64,000 bases of DNA from Octopus sinensis (GCF_006345805.1 NC_042997.1:4154001-4218000); one strand, 5' to 3'. Shown: positions 41,200-56,535, numbered from the stretch's first letter. Numbers and translations are program-made. The notes: a model not told the origin generated them from the sequence alone.

Positions 41200-42575
41200 G
41201 GCAGTTCAAAGAGCTGCTTGTATAAATTCTGGTGGCCTGAAGGCAGCGTGGAAACAGGGTCCCTGCTCAACGACACTACGCCTGAACGTTGTAGCCAATA
41301 GTGAAACTAGGATCTCCGAAACGTAATCGCTTGCTCTTCTTCTGGATGGCTACGATCTTTATACCTTCTCTGGTCGGCCTGGATCAAATAGCGTCACAGC
41401 GCTTTTTCGGAAACGGTTTGGCTTGAAGGTGAGTACGATTTTCCTCGACGCGGTCCGTACCATGATGGTTATGGACATAAGCAGCAAGGAAGGCAACGGA
41501 GGAGCTCAGAGACTAATGGAAGTCTATGCCTCAACTGGAACTGGACGGCCAGATTTCTTTAGACGTCTAGTGTCTTTCATAGGGACATGTCTCTGATTAT
41601 TATCAATGGGGAACTGAAATATGATCTTAGACACAAGGAATGATAATGTAGGAGCAGTGGATAGGAGAATGGGGTGCGAAATCTTCGGTAACTAGCCCAG
41701 ACAGTTTCAATTGAAACTGACAGTCTTCACCTCGATCATCCAAATACACTAGTGTGGATGTTGTCAAATCGCAGTGGGTCATCCAGGGCATACTTAAATA
41801 GGGATTTTATTAAGCTAGCAGATAGGCACGGTATAAGTTGACCATATTTTCAGATCGTTGGGTTATCAGATCAGAAACTAGGGACCTTTACAGTCAACTT
41901 TGGAAAAACAATCAGACTAGTACGTGGTTACTAGTAAATGAGCACGTCCTACCTGGCGCAGAAATATTTCGGGACAGGATTACTAGATTACGTAAACAAG
42001 AACTGACGGGAGCTATGTACAACATGTGGTGTGTCTCTCTAGAAAGGAAAATTGGTGAAAGTTAGTTTTAGCAAATATATTGCTTTGGAAAATAACGCTA
42101 AAATTAAACTAGTTAGAAGAGGCACATAAAAGCGGGATTGCGAATGACGTTCAAGCTCCGAGAATGGCACTCGACCATTTCGTCGACGTAAAAGAGGGTT
42201 GTATTGTCCGAAATAGAGTGCGTAACTTGAAAGACGAAGGCTCAAGAGCGGAGGTTAGCGGAGGCACAGCATGGAAACAAATCTAGGATACACTCTGTGA
42301 CGGACCGCGGTGGTCATGTGCACTCCACTTCGAAACAGATTAGCGCAGTGTTTCGGCAGTATTTCGCCGACCTCTTTTCGAGGAGTAGCATCCTTGACAC
42401 TGCAGAAGTTGAGGCTTACCTCGAGGGTATGCCGCACCTATAGAACAAGGAGATTGGGTACTGCAGGAAGCCGATTTCAGTGGAAGAAGTGGATGATCTA
42501 CTGGGCCGCTGCATTGGCCGGAAATCACTAGGATAGGATGGTCTGCCCTATTAACCGTATGCTCACATGACCGCT
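41200..42575 (+). mobile_element. L1/Tx1-like LINE ORF2 fragment (APE to start of RT)
   Basis: RLMEVYAST...DFFRRL and PISVEEVDDLLGRC..KSLG*DGLPY motifs. Heavily mutated. Confidence 0.7.
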
Positions 42576-43759
42576 TTTACATGCGCCGATTTTAACAGCT
42601 CTCTGCTGTTCCTAGTAACAGTCGGAAATCATTGCCCGTTCGAGATAATGTCTTCAGGCACGGAAATGCCAACAACCGAACCTACTCGAGTTGCTTCCAA
42701 GGTAGCGAAACCGTCTTGCATGCAATAACTCAGTGTCCGTACGTTAGAAAGTTACGTTTCCTTTGATAACATACGCTTCAAATATTTTTGTTTTGAACGC
42801 CTTCTTTAAAGTTATCTTCTCCTTGGAGAATTTCTTTTTCCACTAATTTGTCATGCTACAGAAAAACTAAATAATCATATGGACCCATATCTCGAAGCGA
42901 TCTAATATGATATTGTGATGCCGTTATACCAGCAGATATCGATATCTGTTCAGAATTAAAACTCCAAATTCACTGATCTGAAGCATAATATCCTTGCTAA
43001 AGTGTCTTATTGTTTGGATATGTGTAGCTTCTTGTTCTTGTTCTTTTTTTCTTCTTCTTCTTCTTCTTCTTCTTTTCTCTTCTTCTTCTTCTTCTTCTTC
43101 TTCTTCTTCTTCTTCTTCTTCTTCTTCTTCTTCTTCTTCTTCTTCTTTTTCTCCTCTTCTTCTTCTTCTTCTTCTTCTGCTTCTTCTTTTTCGACGTTGT
43201 CGTAGTTGATTTATTGTCATCATCATCATCAACATCATCATTATTATTATGGCTGTCAGCTTCGCTCTGTGAATATTATAAAAGTAAAACGCATAATATT
43301 GCGTTTATAACATCGTGGACAACAAGATATTTACTGTTGAGTGGTGAGTTTATTTTCGTATTTTGTCTCCCAGCTTTAAGGAACAGGTCAAATGTTTTGT
43401 TTCTTGAAACAAAGTTGTATGTGTTTTCCCCGCCAACATGGAGAAAACACAAAACACGGCGATGCTCGGATGTGAGAGAAAGGCAGACATTGAGGAGTGT
43501 CCCAAAACGCCAATGAGGGAGTGTGCATGCGTGCGAATGACTTCGGTCTGAAAAAGAAAACAGACGATAGACGTATTTCTCTCCCCGCGAAAAAAAAAAA
43601 AAAAAAATTTAAAAAAAACCAGAAAAACAGACAAAACGGACAACGGTGGCAATATTTTCAATGAGGATCACTCAGGAGATCTTTTGTAAAGCAAAGGCTC
43701 TGTTTTAAAGAACATTATTCGGAAGGAAAACATTAACTTCGAAAATTTAAGCGGAGAAA

Positions 43760-45130
43760 ACCCTTCCGTGAGCGAAGCAGCGGAGTCGACTGCGAATAAC
43801 AGCAACAACAAGAACAACAACAACAACAACAGCAACGGCAACATCAGCAGCACCAGTAACAACCACAACCATAACAATAACAAAATTGACAACAGAAACA
43901 ACAAAACCAACAACGGCAACAAAAAAGCAACAAAACTGACAAAGACAATGAAAGAACTAAGAAGCAAACCACTACAACGGCTTGGAACGGCCTATCAAAG
44001 CTTTCTTTCGCTGGAATAGCTAAATTATCTCTCCAGAAAGTAAAATTCTCAGAACATGAATTGTAATATGCTAGATAGCTAACCGAGAGAGATGAACAAG
44101 CTGTAAAGTTGGATACACCACCTGAGAAAATCCAAAATACGCACAGTGACGTACCATACAATCGCGTTACAGGCAAGGAGTGTGGAAAGAGCGATAGAGA
44201 CCCAAATACAACAAGCTTTAGATTCCGCCTGAAATCAAATGGAATATATACAAAGAGGAAAGGCCGATGGAGTGGTTGACTTTCGATTCCACACGAAGGA
44301 AGAACGGAGACGTCACTCTCTGAATCCCCTCAAAAGCGGAGCTGTTGCTAGTTCTTACTATTGCGATCAGAGACTGACAAAAAATTATAATGCCAGAAAT
44401 AGCCATTCCTTGGCTAATTGCAGTGGTGATGATAGACATTGAGGAAATCTCGAAAATCCTCGAAGTCTATCAGACTAAAAAGGAAAACTGGCCTGGGATG
44501 GCAGTAGAACTCCTCATTCAAACAGCACAAAAGAAGACGGATCTCATCCCAGACCAGGTCCTTCTTCCTGCAGGCAGCATAATTCCTGATGGAAGTAAAC
44601 CAAATTGCTAGTTTTGCTTTCTACCTAAGCATTTAGAAATTGACCGCCCCAAGCTATACGAAAAAGAGACGAGCACCTTCTCTCTCTACACCAACAACAG
44701 CCACCAGAACTCCAGCGACAACAGCAGCAACACTATCACCATCATCAGATTCAGCCGTAGCACCACCAATACCAACAACCATACCGACACCGAGTTCACA
44801 TAAACACACCACAGTGCTCGAAGATGTTCCACTTCTTGATGCAGAGTGGGTGGACATAACTGCTGGAGAGACGGACCACTACGAAGACTGGCAGTTGATA
44901 ATAGAAAAAAAACGTATAAGTGACGGAAGGAAAAATAAACATATGGCCAAGCAACAACAATAACAATCTTAATCGACACAAAAAGCAGCAGGGAAAATAT
45001 CAACACATCAAAAGCAGACGCCCAACACAAGCACTGTATCGATACCACTGCCTCCTACACATGAAACACAAGCCATTCCACAAATGCAACAACAACTACA
45101 ACAACAACAACAACAATCGCAAAATATAGA
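43760..45130 (+). mobile_element. Gag-like LINE ORF1 relic with Asn-rich N-terminus and CCHC-like knuckle
   Basis: Frameshifted pieces EYIQRGKADGVVDFRF..., MPEIAIPWLIA..., PNC*FCFLPKHLEIDRP (C-x2-C-x4-H-like). Confidence 0.5.
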
Positions 45131-45169
45131 CAATAGCATTACAAACAACACAGTAATAGGTACTTTCTT

Positions 45170-45480
45170 TTGAACAACAACAGTTTTCAAACACAGAATC
45201 GCTGGACCAAGAATGCCTTCCGCGTTTAATAACAATCCACCATCTTTTGTTCTTTCAGATATAGTCGGTCGGTATAAAGTTTGGGATTGAGTGAGGTGCA
45301 CATTGTCAGCGGCTTTGTAGCTCTTCTGTCGAAGTTATATAGCCCTATATTTGCCCATTTCAGAACATGAGCAGAGTAGCTCAACACCCGCATAAACCAT
45401 GTATTTACGGCTTGAATGGTGTTCCCAACTTTTAATTTTGTTTCAGACCTCCTCCCAATTCTCCTTCCGAACTCGTTACG
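45170..45480 (-). mobile_element. R4/Dong-like RT C-terminal fragment
   Basis: GNTIQAVNTWFMRVLSYSAHVLKW...DRRATKPLTM, homologous to KIIGINTLAVPVISYSY in 55303-55740. Confidence 0.7.
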
Positions 45481-45779
45481 AACTCTCTCTCTCTCTCTCT
45501 CTCTCTCACTCACTCTCTCTCTCTCTCTCATATCTCTTTCCACTATCTTATTGCTCTCCAGCACTCAATTATTTTTATCCCTCATCATTCCGCAGCAATC
45601 TCAAGATGTTGCCCCGCCTTAATTTTATGTCATGAATCTTTACCTTCCAGGTTATCTACATAGTATCACGCATTTATCTACCTCCAAACTGCATTCCAGT
45701 TTGATCCATATTTTGGATCAGAGAACTTATGTTTATCACATTTTTTGTATGTATCTTGAGGTTATAATTATCATTATTA

Positions 45780-46018
45780 AGGCGTTGGACTAGCTGAATC
45801 GTTAATATGCCGGACAAACAGTTTAGCGGCATTTCTTCTAGTTTTACGCTCTGAGTTCAGATACTGCCGATACGACATTACCTTTTAACCTTTTGCAATC
45901 GATAAAATATGAACCAGTTTAACATAGGGTACGACGTAATTTACACAATGTACAATGTAATTTACTTATCCCTTCTCCCGTAATTGCTGGCCATGTGCCA
46001 AAATTTGAAATCATTATT
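45780..46018 (+). mobile_element. Degenerate family C SINE
   Basis: Head TAGCTGAATCGTTA...GAGTTCAGATACTGCC, then a degenerate TCGATAAAAT core. Confidence 0.55.
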
Positions 46019-46844
46019 ATTCGTAGTATTTAAAAAATTTTTGGGTACTTTCATAACAAAAATTTATGTTGATTCCTCACACGTGTCGGTTAATTGCTAT
46101 TATTACCATTTTTCTAATTTCATTTACGATTTTCAAGTGTTCTCATGGTCACATGTTCCCTGACATAAAATTCAATCCCATCCCATTCATAAAGAATTCA
46201 AGCTCCCTTATTTAAAATTATTGACACACTTGCAATAAATAGTTCTTTGCCATTGAGTACCCGAATACAATGATATTTGTAACCGGATAAAAAATTAAGG
46301 GACACAGGTGGTATTACGAAGGCAAAATCCTTGTAAGGAATTCGTTCATTTGGAGCATCAGCATTGTCGGTTTAAACTGAATATCTCTACACTAAATATA
46401 TAGCAGCAAGCAGCATAGAATAATATTTGCAGTATTATCTAAATGTTTAAAATATAACGCATATTAATGTTTCTACTTAAGCGATAGAATATCATATTGA
46501 GCTAACAGCTATTATCTTTTACATGTCGTCTGTAATGGAAAAATTCGCAGATAAATATATTAATCATCTCATTCTCAGACATAACATAACGCAACGAGAC
46601 ACAATAACACGTTTTTGCATTTATTCCTATGTATCAATTTATTACATATGATAGTTTTCGCACGTCACATACTTTCTCTTTCTCTCAAAGAATATTGATA
46701 TTTATAAAAGCATAACAATATATACACTGCATAAAAAAAAACGCGCACATAATCCATTCACATACACACATCTATTTATCTGACTATGTATTTCTAGTTA
46801 TCTCTCCTTCTCTATCTTTATCTATCAAACTATTCATTTCTGTA

Positions 46845-46909
<65 letters not shown>

Positions 46910-47174
46910 GTATGTATACTTATACAAACACATATACGCACACAAACAGTACATGTATGAGCAAAAAGAACATGAGTTAAAATAACTTTAACTTAGATAC
47001 ATATATTTCGCGGCACGTATATGTGAGTACATATGTTTTCATATACGTGATGGTTTTTATTAGTCAATTTGCTCCGGATTTCACCGGTACATTTCAACTT
47101 GCTTCAAGATAGAATCTGATATATGCACACATACATACAAACATAGATACACACACACACACACACACACACAC

Positions 47175-47254
<80 letters not shown>

Positions 47255-48024
47255 TACATACATACACACATATTCACCTACATGTATGTGTATGGATAAG
47301 CACACAAAACCGAGTCTTTTATCAACAGTAACTCAGTATTAAGTATAATATTTTGTATTAAAATATAGGTAATTCAAATTGCATCTTTTTGTAGGACACA
47401 TCTTTGTGTATAGAAACACACCACCCTCTTCTTCATCAGTGGTAAATGATGAATTAGAAATGGATTTAACATACTATATTGATTTACTAGTTATGCAAAT
47501 TTGCAGGTTGTGCAACGTGCACAGGATTTTGTAGGTTGTTACTGGTGATGAAGTGAACGAGAACATCTTGCACAAAAATCGATGAAAATATCTAACGAAA
47601 GGTATACCAATATTGAAGAAAAATTCGAACAGGGAGACTGTCAAAAGCGATTATCGAAGTATATGAACAGCAGCGAACGACTGGATTTGTGTATATGCAT
47701 ATGTGTGTATGTGCCTGTGTGAGGATGGTGAGAGAATTGCTAAAGTGTGGAAGTAAAAGCTTCCAACTTAACCGCTAATCATGCTGAAAATATGAAACCG
47801 ATCAAAAGAAATCGGGCAAACGTGTGCAAATTAAAATATTTTCTCAATTAAAACGCTGTAGAATAAGGTAACAGATATACCAGGATCATCACCTAAGAAT
47901 GTCTCGCTCTACCTACAATGAAAAATCCATCTCGCTTATCCGTAACGTTTTGAATAGTGTCGCACCAAATTCAGAATAATTTCTGTGCATATGTGTGTGT
48001 ATCTGTCTGTCTGTGTGTGTGTCA

Positions 48025-48282
48025 AGGCGCGTGGCTTGGTGGTTAGGGTATTCGGCTGGTGATCGCAAGGTCGTGAGTTCAGGTCCCAGCGACACGGTTT
48101 GTCCTTGAGCAAGACACTATTTCACGTTGATCCGGTCCATTCAGCTGGCAAGAATGGGTAGTAACTAAATTTCAAAGGGCCAGCCTTGTTATAGTCTGTG
48201 TCATGCTGAATCTCCCTGAGAACAACGTTAAGTGTACGCGTGTTCGAGGAGTGCTCAGCTACTTGCACGTTCATTTCATGTC
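48025..48282 (+). mobile_element. tRNA-derived SINE (family A)
   Basis: AGGCGCGTGGCTTGGTGGTTAG head, GAGTTCAGGTCCC B-box, CCTTGAGCAAGACAC core. Confidence 0.8.
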
Positions 48283-48492
48283 ATTTCATGTCATATATAT
48301 AAGAATGAGTGAATAAATCCTCTTATAGATGCTGTCGTTCTTCTTCTTCTTCTCATTCTCACTCTTCTTCTTCTTCTTCTTCTTCTTCTTCTTCTTCTTC
48401 TTCTTCTTCCTTCTTCTTCTTCTTCTTTCTTTTCTTCTTCTTCTTATCTTCTTCTTTTCTTCTTCTTATTCTTTTTTCTTCTTCTTCTTCTT

Positions 48493-48569
<77 letters not shown>

Positions 48570-48575
48570 CATTAT

Positions 48576-49741
48576 ATTCAGGAGTTTTATTTTTATAGTG
48601 TGCTTTCACTTCACTACCGAGCGCAGCTCTGTGTGCCTTGGGTATGTGCTGTGATTTGTTGTGATAGTTATTGTATGGAAAGTGTTCTGCGTAGGATGTG
48701 CGCAGTGCCTAGTAGCGCAATTTTCTGTATGATATATGTGTCTGTAAGTCCTTGTGTTTTTGTTATGTATTTGTCTGAATATTTTTTTATCATGCCTAAC
48801 GCACCTACTATGATAGGAATTGTTTCTGCTTTCAGATTCCACAGTCTAGTTACCTCTATTTCCAGGTCTTTGTATTTTGAGAGTTTCTCCATTTCTTTTA
48901 GAGACACGTTGCCATCTGTCGGTATTGATACATCAATTAGAAAGCATTTTGTTTCTTCATGATCTCTGACAACTATATCTGGTCTGTTGGCCTTAATTTC
49001 TCTATCTGTGTGTATCGGCATATCCCAGAGTATGGTTGCTTTCACGTTTTCTGTGACCTTTTCTGGTGTGTGCCTATACCATCTTTTTTTCTGTTGTTAT
49101 TCTATAATGTTGGCATAGCTTCCAGTGTATGTTGTTTCCAACTTTGTCATGTATGTGAATATATTCCTTCTTAGCCAGGAGTGGGCAGCTAGAGATAATA
49201 TGATTTATTGTTTCTTGTCCATCTCCACATATTCTGCAGTTACTTGTAATATTTCTTTTCATTACATGTTTTTGGTAATTTCTGGTGGGGAGGCTTTGGT
49301 TTGTGCTGCAATTAAAAATCCCTCTGTTTCTGCTTTGAGTCCTGAGCTTCTCAACCATTGCTGGGATTTTTCTTTGTCTATTTCTTTTGCGTTTAGTTTA
49401 GTGCAGTATTTACCATGAAGGGGCTTTTCTTGCCATCGTTTTATCATGGTTCGTTGCTGTTCTATTTTTAGTTTGGATTTCATTTGTTTTATAGCTTTTG
49501 TTGCTTCTTCATCATCTTCTTCTTCTTCTTCGTGTTTATTAGGTGGTCTGATTTCTTGTTTGTATTTGTCAGCTTCCTTAAATACTGAGAACAGTTTTTT
49601 GTTTTGCTCGTGTTTTGCTGCTATCTGGATCAGTTTTCCTTCCCTCTGAAATAGATATTTTGCAGTCCTATGGTGGTTATTTTATAGTAGTTTTCCAGAT
49701 GTATAAGGCCTCAACCACCTTCTATACGTTGTATATATAGT
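48576..49741 (-). mobile_element. 5'-truncated R4/Dong-like non-LTR retrotransposon (zinc knuckle, RLE, 3' UTR)
   Basis: CRICGDGQETINH and LWDMPIHTDREIKANRPDIVVRD..CFLIDVSIP (PD-D/ExK). The 3' end runs into (TAA)n. Confidence 0.92.
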
Positions 49742-49798
49742 ATTTCTTCTTCTTCTTCTTCTTCTTCTTCTTCTTCTTCTTCTTCTTCTTCTTCTTCC

Positions 49799-49839
<41 letters not shown>

Positions 49840-50263
49840 TATTATTATTATTATTATTATTATTATCAGGGGCAAATCTAAATAATTGATAATAACAATA
49901 ATTTTAGTGGCAGAAGTGATATTAGCATTCAACATCCATAGAAAATCTTCTTGATTATCTTGCAGGGCACACGAAGAGCCAGCTTGCTAGGGAGTGGAAG
50001 CAAACGTTTCTAACGTAACCGTTAATCTTCCTGAATATATGTGAACCAACCAACCTAAATTAGGCAAACGAGTGGAATTTAACATATTTTCTCAGCTAAA
50101 AAGCCGAATAATATGATAAAGGATATACCTGGAATATGATTATAAACTCTGGGCTCGTGTGCCCTCTAATTTGATTAAGAATATATTGTATAGCTATTTA
50201 ATGTTAATATCACTTATTGCCACTAATGCTATTCTTATTTTCAATACTTTCCCCTGATGAAAA

Positions 50264-51317
<1,054 letters not shown>

Positions 51318-51466
51318 TAATAATAATAATAATATTAAAAATAATAATAATTATTATTATTATTATTATAATAATGATTACGATGATGATGATGATGATA
51401 ATAATAATAATAATTATAATAATAATAATAATAATAATTATTATAATAATAATAATAATAATAATG

Positions 51467-51516
<50 letters not shown>

Positions 51517-51824
51517 GGTACTGTAACCTATTTGAAAATGATTCCAGTCTTACCATCCCTACAGGAAGTGAAAAAATCGTATTAACAGGAACGGCTCATG
51601 TTCTGATACGAACATTATAGATGTGAAAACAACATCCATCTAAGAATTTATTTACTTATTAATTTTTAGATACATATTCTATCTTTGAATTTACTTCTGT
51701 AATCTGGGAATGCATACAATAAGCTTCTCTGCCCTAGGTGTATTGAAGAAACTTGGCGAGAAACGGAAGAAAATTTGAAGAAAGAAGGGAAAAACATAAT
51801 AATAATAATAATGATAACATGTAA

Positions 51825-52517
51825 TGAAAAGAAATATAACAAGTAACTGCAGAATATGTGGAGATGGGACAAGAAACAATAAATCATAATATATCTGGCT
51901 GCCCAGTCCTAGCTAAGAAGGAATATATTCACAGACATGACAAAGTTGGAAACAACATACACTGGAAGCTATGCCAACATTATGGAATAACAACAGAAAA
52001 AATATGGTATAGGCACACACTAGAAAATGTCACAGAAAACGAGAAAGCAACCATACTCTGGGATATGCCGATACACACAGATAGAGAAATTAAGGCCAAC
52101 AGACCAGATATAGTTGTCAGAGATCATGAAGAAAAAAATGCTTTCTAATTGATGTATCAATACCGGCAGATGACAACGTGTCTCTAAAAGAAATGGAGAA
52201 ACTTTCCAAATACAAAGAGCTGGAAATAGAGGTAACCAGAATGTGGAATATAAAAACAGAAACAATTCCTATCATAGTAGGTGCATTAGGCATGATAAAA
52301 AAATATTCAGACAAATACATAACAAAAACACCAGGACTTACAAACGCATATAACATACAAAAAAATGCACTACTAGGCACTGCACACATCCTACGCAGAA
52401 CATTTTCCATACAATAACCATCAGAGCATCACAACAAATCACAACACATACCTAAGGCACACAGAGCTGCGCTCGGTAGTGAAGTGAAAGCACGCTATAA
52501 AAATAAAACTACTGAAT
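51825..52517 (+). mobile_element. 5'-truncated R4/Dong-like copy (zinc knuckle, RLE, 3' UTR)
   Basis: Closely matches the reverse complement of 48576-49270. A frameshift in an A-run splits the RLE. Followed by (TAA)n. Confidence 0.92.
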
Positions 52518-52565
52518 GATGATGATAATAATAATAATAATAACAATAATAATAATAATAATAAC

Positions 52566-52628
<63 letters not shown>

Positions 52629-52629
<1 letters not shown>

Positions 52630-55600
52630 TAAGGAAGAACACCGGGGGACGTTTAAGAGGAAGAACACCGGGGGACGTTTAAGAGAAGAACACCGGGGGA
52701 CGTTTAAGAGAAGAACACCGGGGGACGTTTAAGAGAACACTGGGGGACGTTTAAGATGTAAAAAGGAAAATACAGAGCTTAGAAATCTATCCACAAACAT
52801 CGAAAACATGGACATCCTGTGGAGCTAAAGATTTACTAACAAACGATTGGACTGTATCCGAGTAAGTAATACTAATTGAAATGTGTTACTATTTTCGAAA
52901 CGAAATGATGTATTTTGACTTGATATCATCTCCACCTCTAACACAACACATGTAAACATGCGTGGAACATCCCGATCATCCCCGACCCCAAACACCATGT
53001 GTAAAGGAACTACGAAGAAATTAAATGCCACCGATATTATTCAACCCAAGAATAACAATCGAGCGGTACGTACTTTAAACTTACAACAAAAAATATACGA
53101 AAATCTACACGTGCGAGATAATGTGACAACAGAAATGAACGTACCGGTACCCATCGAAAATGACGACCGTCAAAATAATGGGCCGGACGTTGTACCTCAT
53201 GTCCCGCAAATAAAACCCAAAAGACGTAAATGGACACGTGAGGAATACATTTCTATCTTACACGCATACTTCACAGCGGTGCTCTACCCAAAAAATGAAA
53301 ACACACAACACATGCATATAAAATATGGAAGGAAAATAACATAAATATAAACTTGGATACAGCAATGAACCCTAATAAATTAGCTAACGTACGAAGATAC
53401 ATTCTCAACACAAAAAAATATCAGAAATAGAAATAGAACATCTAAAAGAAAAAATACACCAGGAAAATGTAGATAGAAGCCACACAACAATGCCCAATAA
53501 TATAAACACTGAAATAGTGAAACACGAAGACAAACGCAACATTCCCAACAACCACGATGTAAACAACGAAGGGGAGCCTAATGATTATGATAATATAAAA
53601 AGTAAAATAATCAAAGAACTGAAAATCACAGAGCTCGAAATGGACCACCGACCATACCTCCCAAGAATCAAAATAGACGAAACAACAACACCAAATATAA
53701 ACAGCATAAACCTAGCCGTCACGGAACTAATAGCCACTGAAACTTAATATACGCAGCAGCCACTGCAGCCACAACATAAGCTGGATCCTCACTCAAACCC
53801 GTCAAAACAGGAGTACCACCACCCAAACAAACCCTGTGGATAAATAACATCCAAAACAAAATACAAAAAATGAGAACAGATCTGTCGATTCTTAATGAAA
53901 TCAGCAAACAATCAACGCTACTGAGGAACAAAAAGAAAACAAAAATACTCCGCAAATATAACATCACAGAGAAAGATTTGCCTGAAATAAAAGAAAAGCT
54001 GAAGCAAGATATCCTTGCCAAAGCACAAAGGATCCGCCGGCACGAGAAACGCCAGCGCTTCTTTGAACAAAACAAAAAGTTCAACTCCAACCCCAAAAAG
54101 TTCTACCAAGAACTTGGCAAAAAAAAATAGAAGTCACTGCAGCACCAACGGCAGAAGAATTGGAAGAATTCTGGAGAGAAATATGGTCGGCGAACGAACA
54201 ACCAAAAAAAAGGAGTATCAAAATAACAAACTCGGCATCTGAACAACTTTGGACACCCATAACAACTGAAGAGGTCACCAGCCACTTCAAGACTAAGCAA
54301 CTGGAAGGCACCTGGGCATGACAAGATCCCCACCTTCTTGTTGAAATATCCACCAGGAATGCACATTAAAAGCTGGCTGAAAAATTTAACACCATACTAG
54401 CAGAGCCAGAGACAATGCCTGAATGGCTCACGAAGGGGAAAACTATCTGAATTCCCAAATCAAATGAGACAGCAAAACCAGAAAACTACAGACCAATAAC
54501 CTGCCTCCCTACAATGTTCAAGGCATTTACTGCAGTGATATCGCAAAGGTTGAACAAGCACCTGGACGAAAACAAACTGTTCCCAGAAGAGCAGAAAGGA
54601 TGCCGCAAAGGCTCATATGGCTGTAAAGATCAACTAATGATTAATAAAGCCATAATTGAAGACAGCCACAGAAAGAAGAAAGGCCTCAGTATGGCCTTTA
54701 TTGAGTACAAAAAGGCGTTTGATAGCATTCCCCCACTATGGAACCTCGAAACACTAGCCAGTAACAAAGTAGCACCAACAATCATAAAATTCATAGAGCA
54801 CTCTATGAATAAATGGCAAACAGTCCTACACCTCCAAACAAAAGAGGGACTCATGAAAACCAAAGACATCCCCATTAGAAGAGGAATATTCCAGGGTTAC
54901 ACGCTTTCTCCACTTGTTTTTCTGCTTCGCACTGTCACCTCTATCTGATATACTAAAAAGAACTGGATGCGGATTTAAATGTTACGGCAAAATGATCAGC
55001 CACCTTTTTATATATGGACGACCTAAAATTATACGCTGCAAATGACAAACAGCTGGAAACACTATTAAAGACAGTTCATGGATTTACCAAAGAAATAGAT
55101 TTGAAATTTGGATTAGGAAAATGCGCCAAAGTAACCATGAAAAGAGGAAAACTAGTTAAGTTAAACTAGATAAAACCAATGAAATAAAAGAATTAGACCA
55201 AAGCCAAACTTACAAATACTTTGGAATCCATGAACTAGATAAGACACAACACACACAAATGAAAGAGAAAATAAAAAAGAATATTATAGACGAGTTAGAT
55301 CAATGCTAAAAGCAGAGCTCAATGCTAAAAACAAGATAATTGGTATTAACACATTAGCTGTCCCAGTTATAAGTTACAGTTACAATATCCTTAACTGGAT
55401 ACGAAATGAACTGACCAAAATAGATAGGATAACAAGAAAAATACTGACAGGATCTAGGATGCATCACCCAAAATCTGACATAGAAAGACTATATATACAA
55501 CGTATAGAAGGTGGTAGAGGCCTTATACAGCTGGAAAACTACTATAAAATAACCAACATAGGACTGAAAAAATATCTACTTCAGAGGGAAGGAAAACTGA

Positions 55601-56399
55601 TACAAATAACTGCAAAACACGAGCAAAAAAAAAACTGTTCTCAGTATTTAAGGAAGCTGACAAGTACAAACAAGAAATCATACCACCTAATAAATATGAA
55701 GAAGAAGAAGATGAAGATGAAGAAACAACAAAAGCTATAAAACAATTGAAATCCAAACTAAAAATAGAACAGCAACGAACCATGATATATAGATGGCAAG
55801 AAAAGCCCCTTCATGGTAAATACTGGACTAAACTAAACGCAAAAGAAATAGACAAAGAAAAATCCCAGCAATGGTTGAGAAGCTCAGGACTCAAAGCAGA
55901 AACAGAGGGAGTTTTAATTGCAGCACAAGACCAAAGCCTCCCCACCAGAAATTACCAAAAACATGTAATGAAAAGAAATATTACAAGTAACTGCAGAATA
56001 TGTGGAGATGGACAAGAAACAATAAATCATAGTATATTTGGCTGCCCAGTCCAAGCTAAGAAGGAATATATTCACAGATATGACAGGGTTAGAACCTACA
56101 TACATTGGAAGATATGCCAACATTATAGAATAACAACAGAAACAATAGAAACAATTCCTATCATAGTAGGTGCATTGGCATGATAAAAAAATATTCAGAC
56201 AAATACATAACAAAAACACCAGGACTTACAAACACATATAACATAATTGCACTACTAGGCACTGCACACATCCTACGCAGAACACTTTCCATACAATAAC
56301 CATCAGAGCATCACAACAAATCACAGCACATACCCAAGGCACACAGAGCTGCGCTCGGTAGTGAAGTGAAGCACGCTATTAAAATAAAACTTACTGAAT
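52629..56399 (+). mobile_element. Near full-length R4/Dong-like retrotransposon, frameshifted, RLE domain deleted
   Basis: KRRKWTREE N-terminus. RT motifs NYRPITCLPT, EEQKGCRKG, KKAFDSI, GIFQG, YMDDLKLY. Zinc knuckle present. (AAT)n on both sides. Confidence 0.92.
52634..52756 (+). repeat. Five tandem 25-bp units at the retrotransposon 5' end
   Basis: GAAGAACACCGGGGGACGTTTAAGA four times, plus a shortened fifth copy. Confidence 0.95.
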
Positions 56400-56400
56400 A

Positions 56401-56467
<67 letters not shown>

Positions 56468-56535
56468 TAAAAATAATAATAATATATAGTATATATATTA
56501 TATATATAATTATATATATATATTATACTCAAAAT

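Noticed and set aside
52634-52756. CRISPR-like appearance of the 25-bp repeats
   Set aside because: No spacers between units, eukaryotic context and no cas genes.
52757-52900. Expected HDV-like ribozyme at the R4-clade 5' end
   Set aside because: No convincing fold found.
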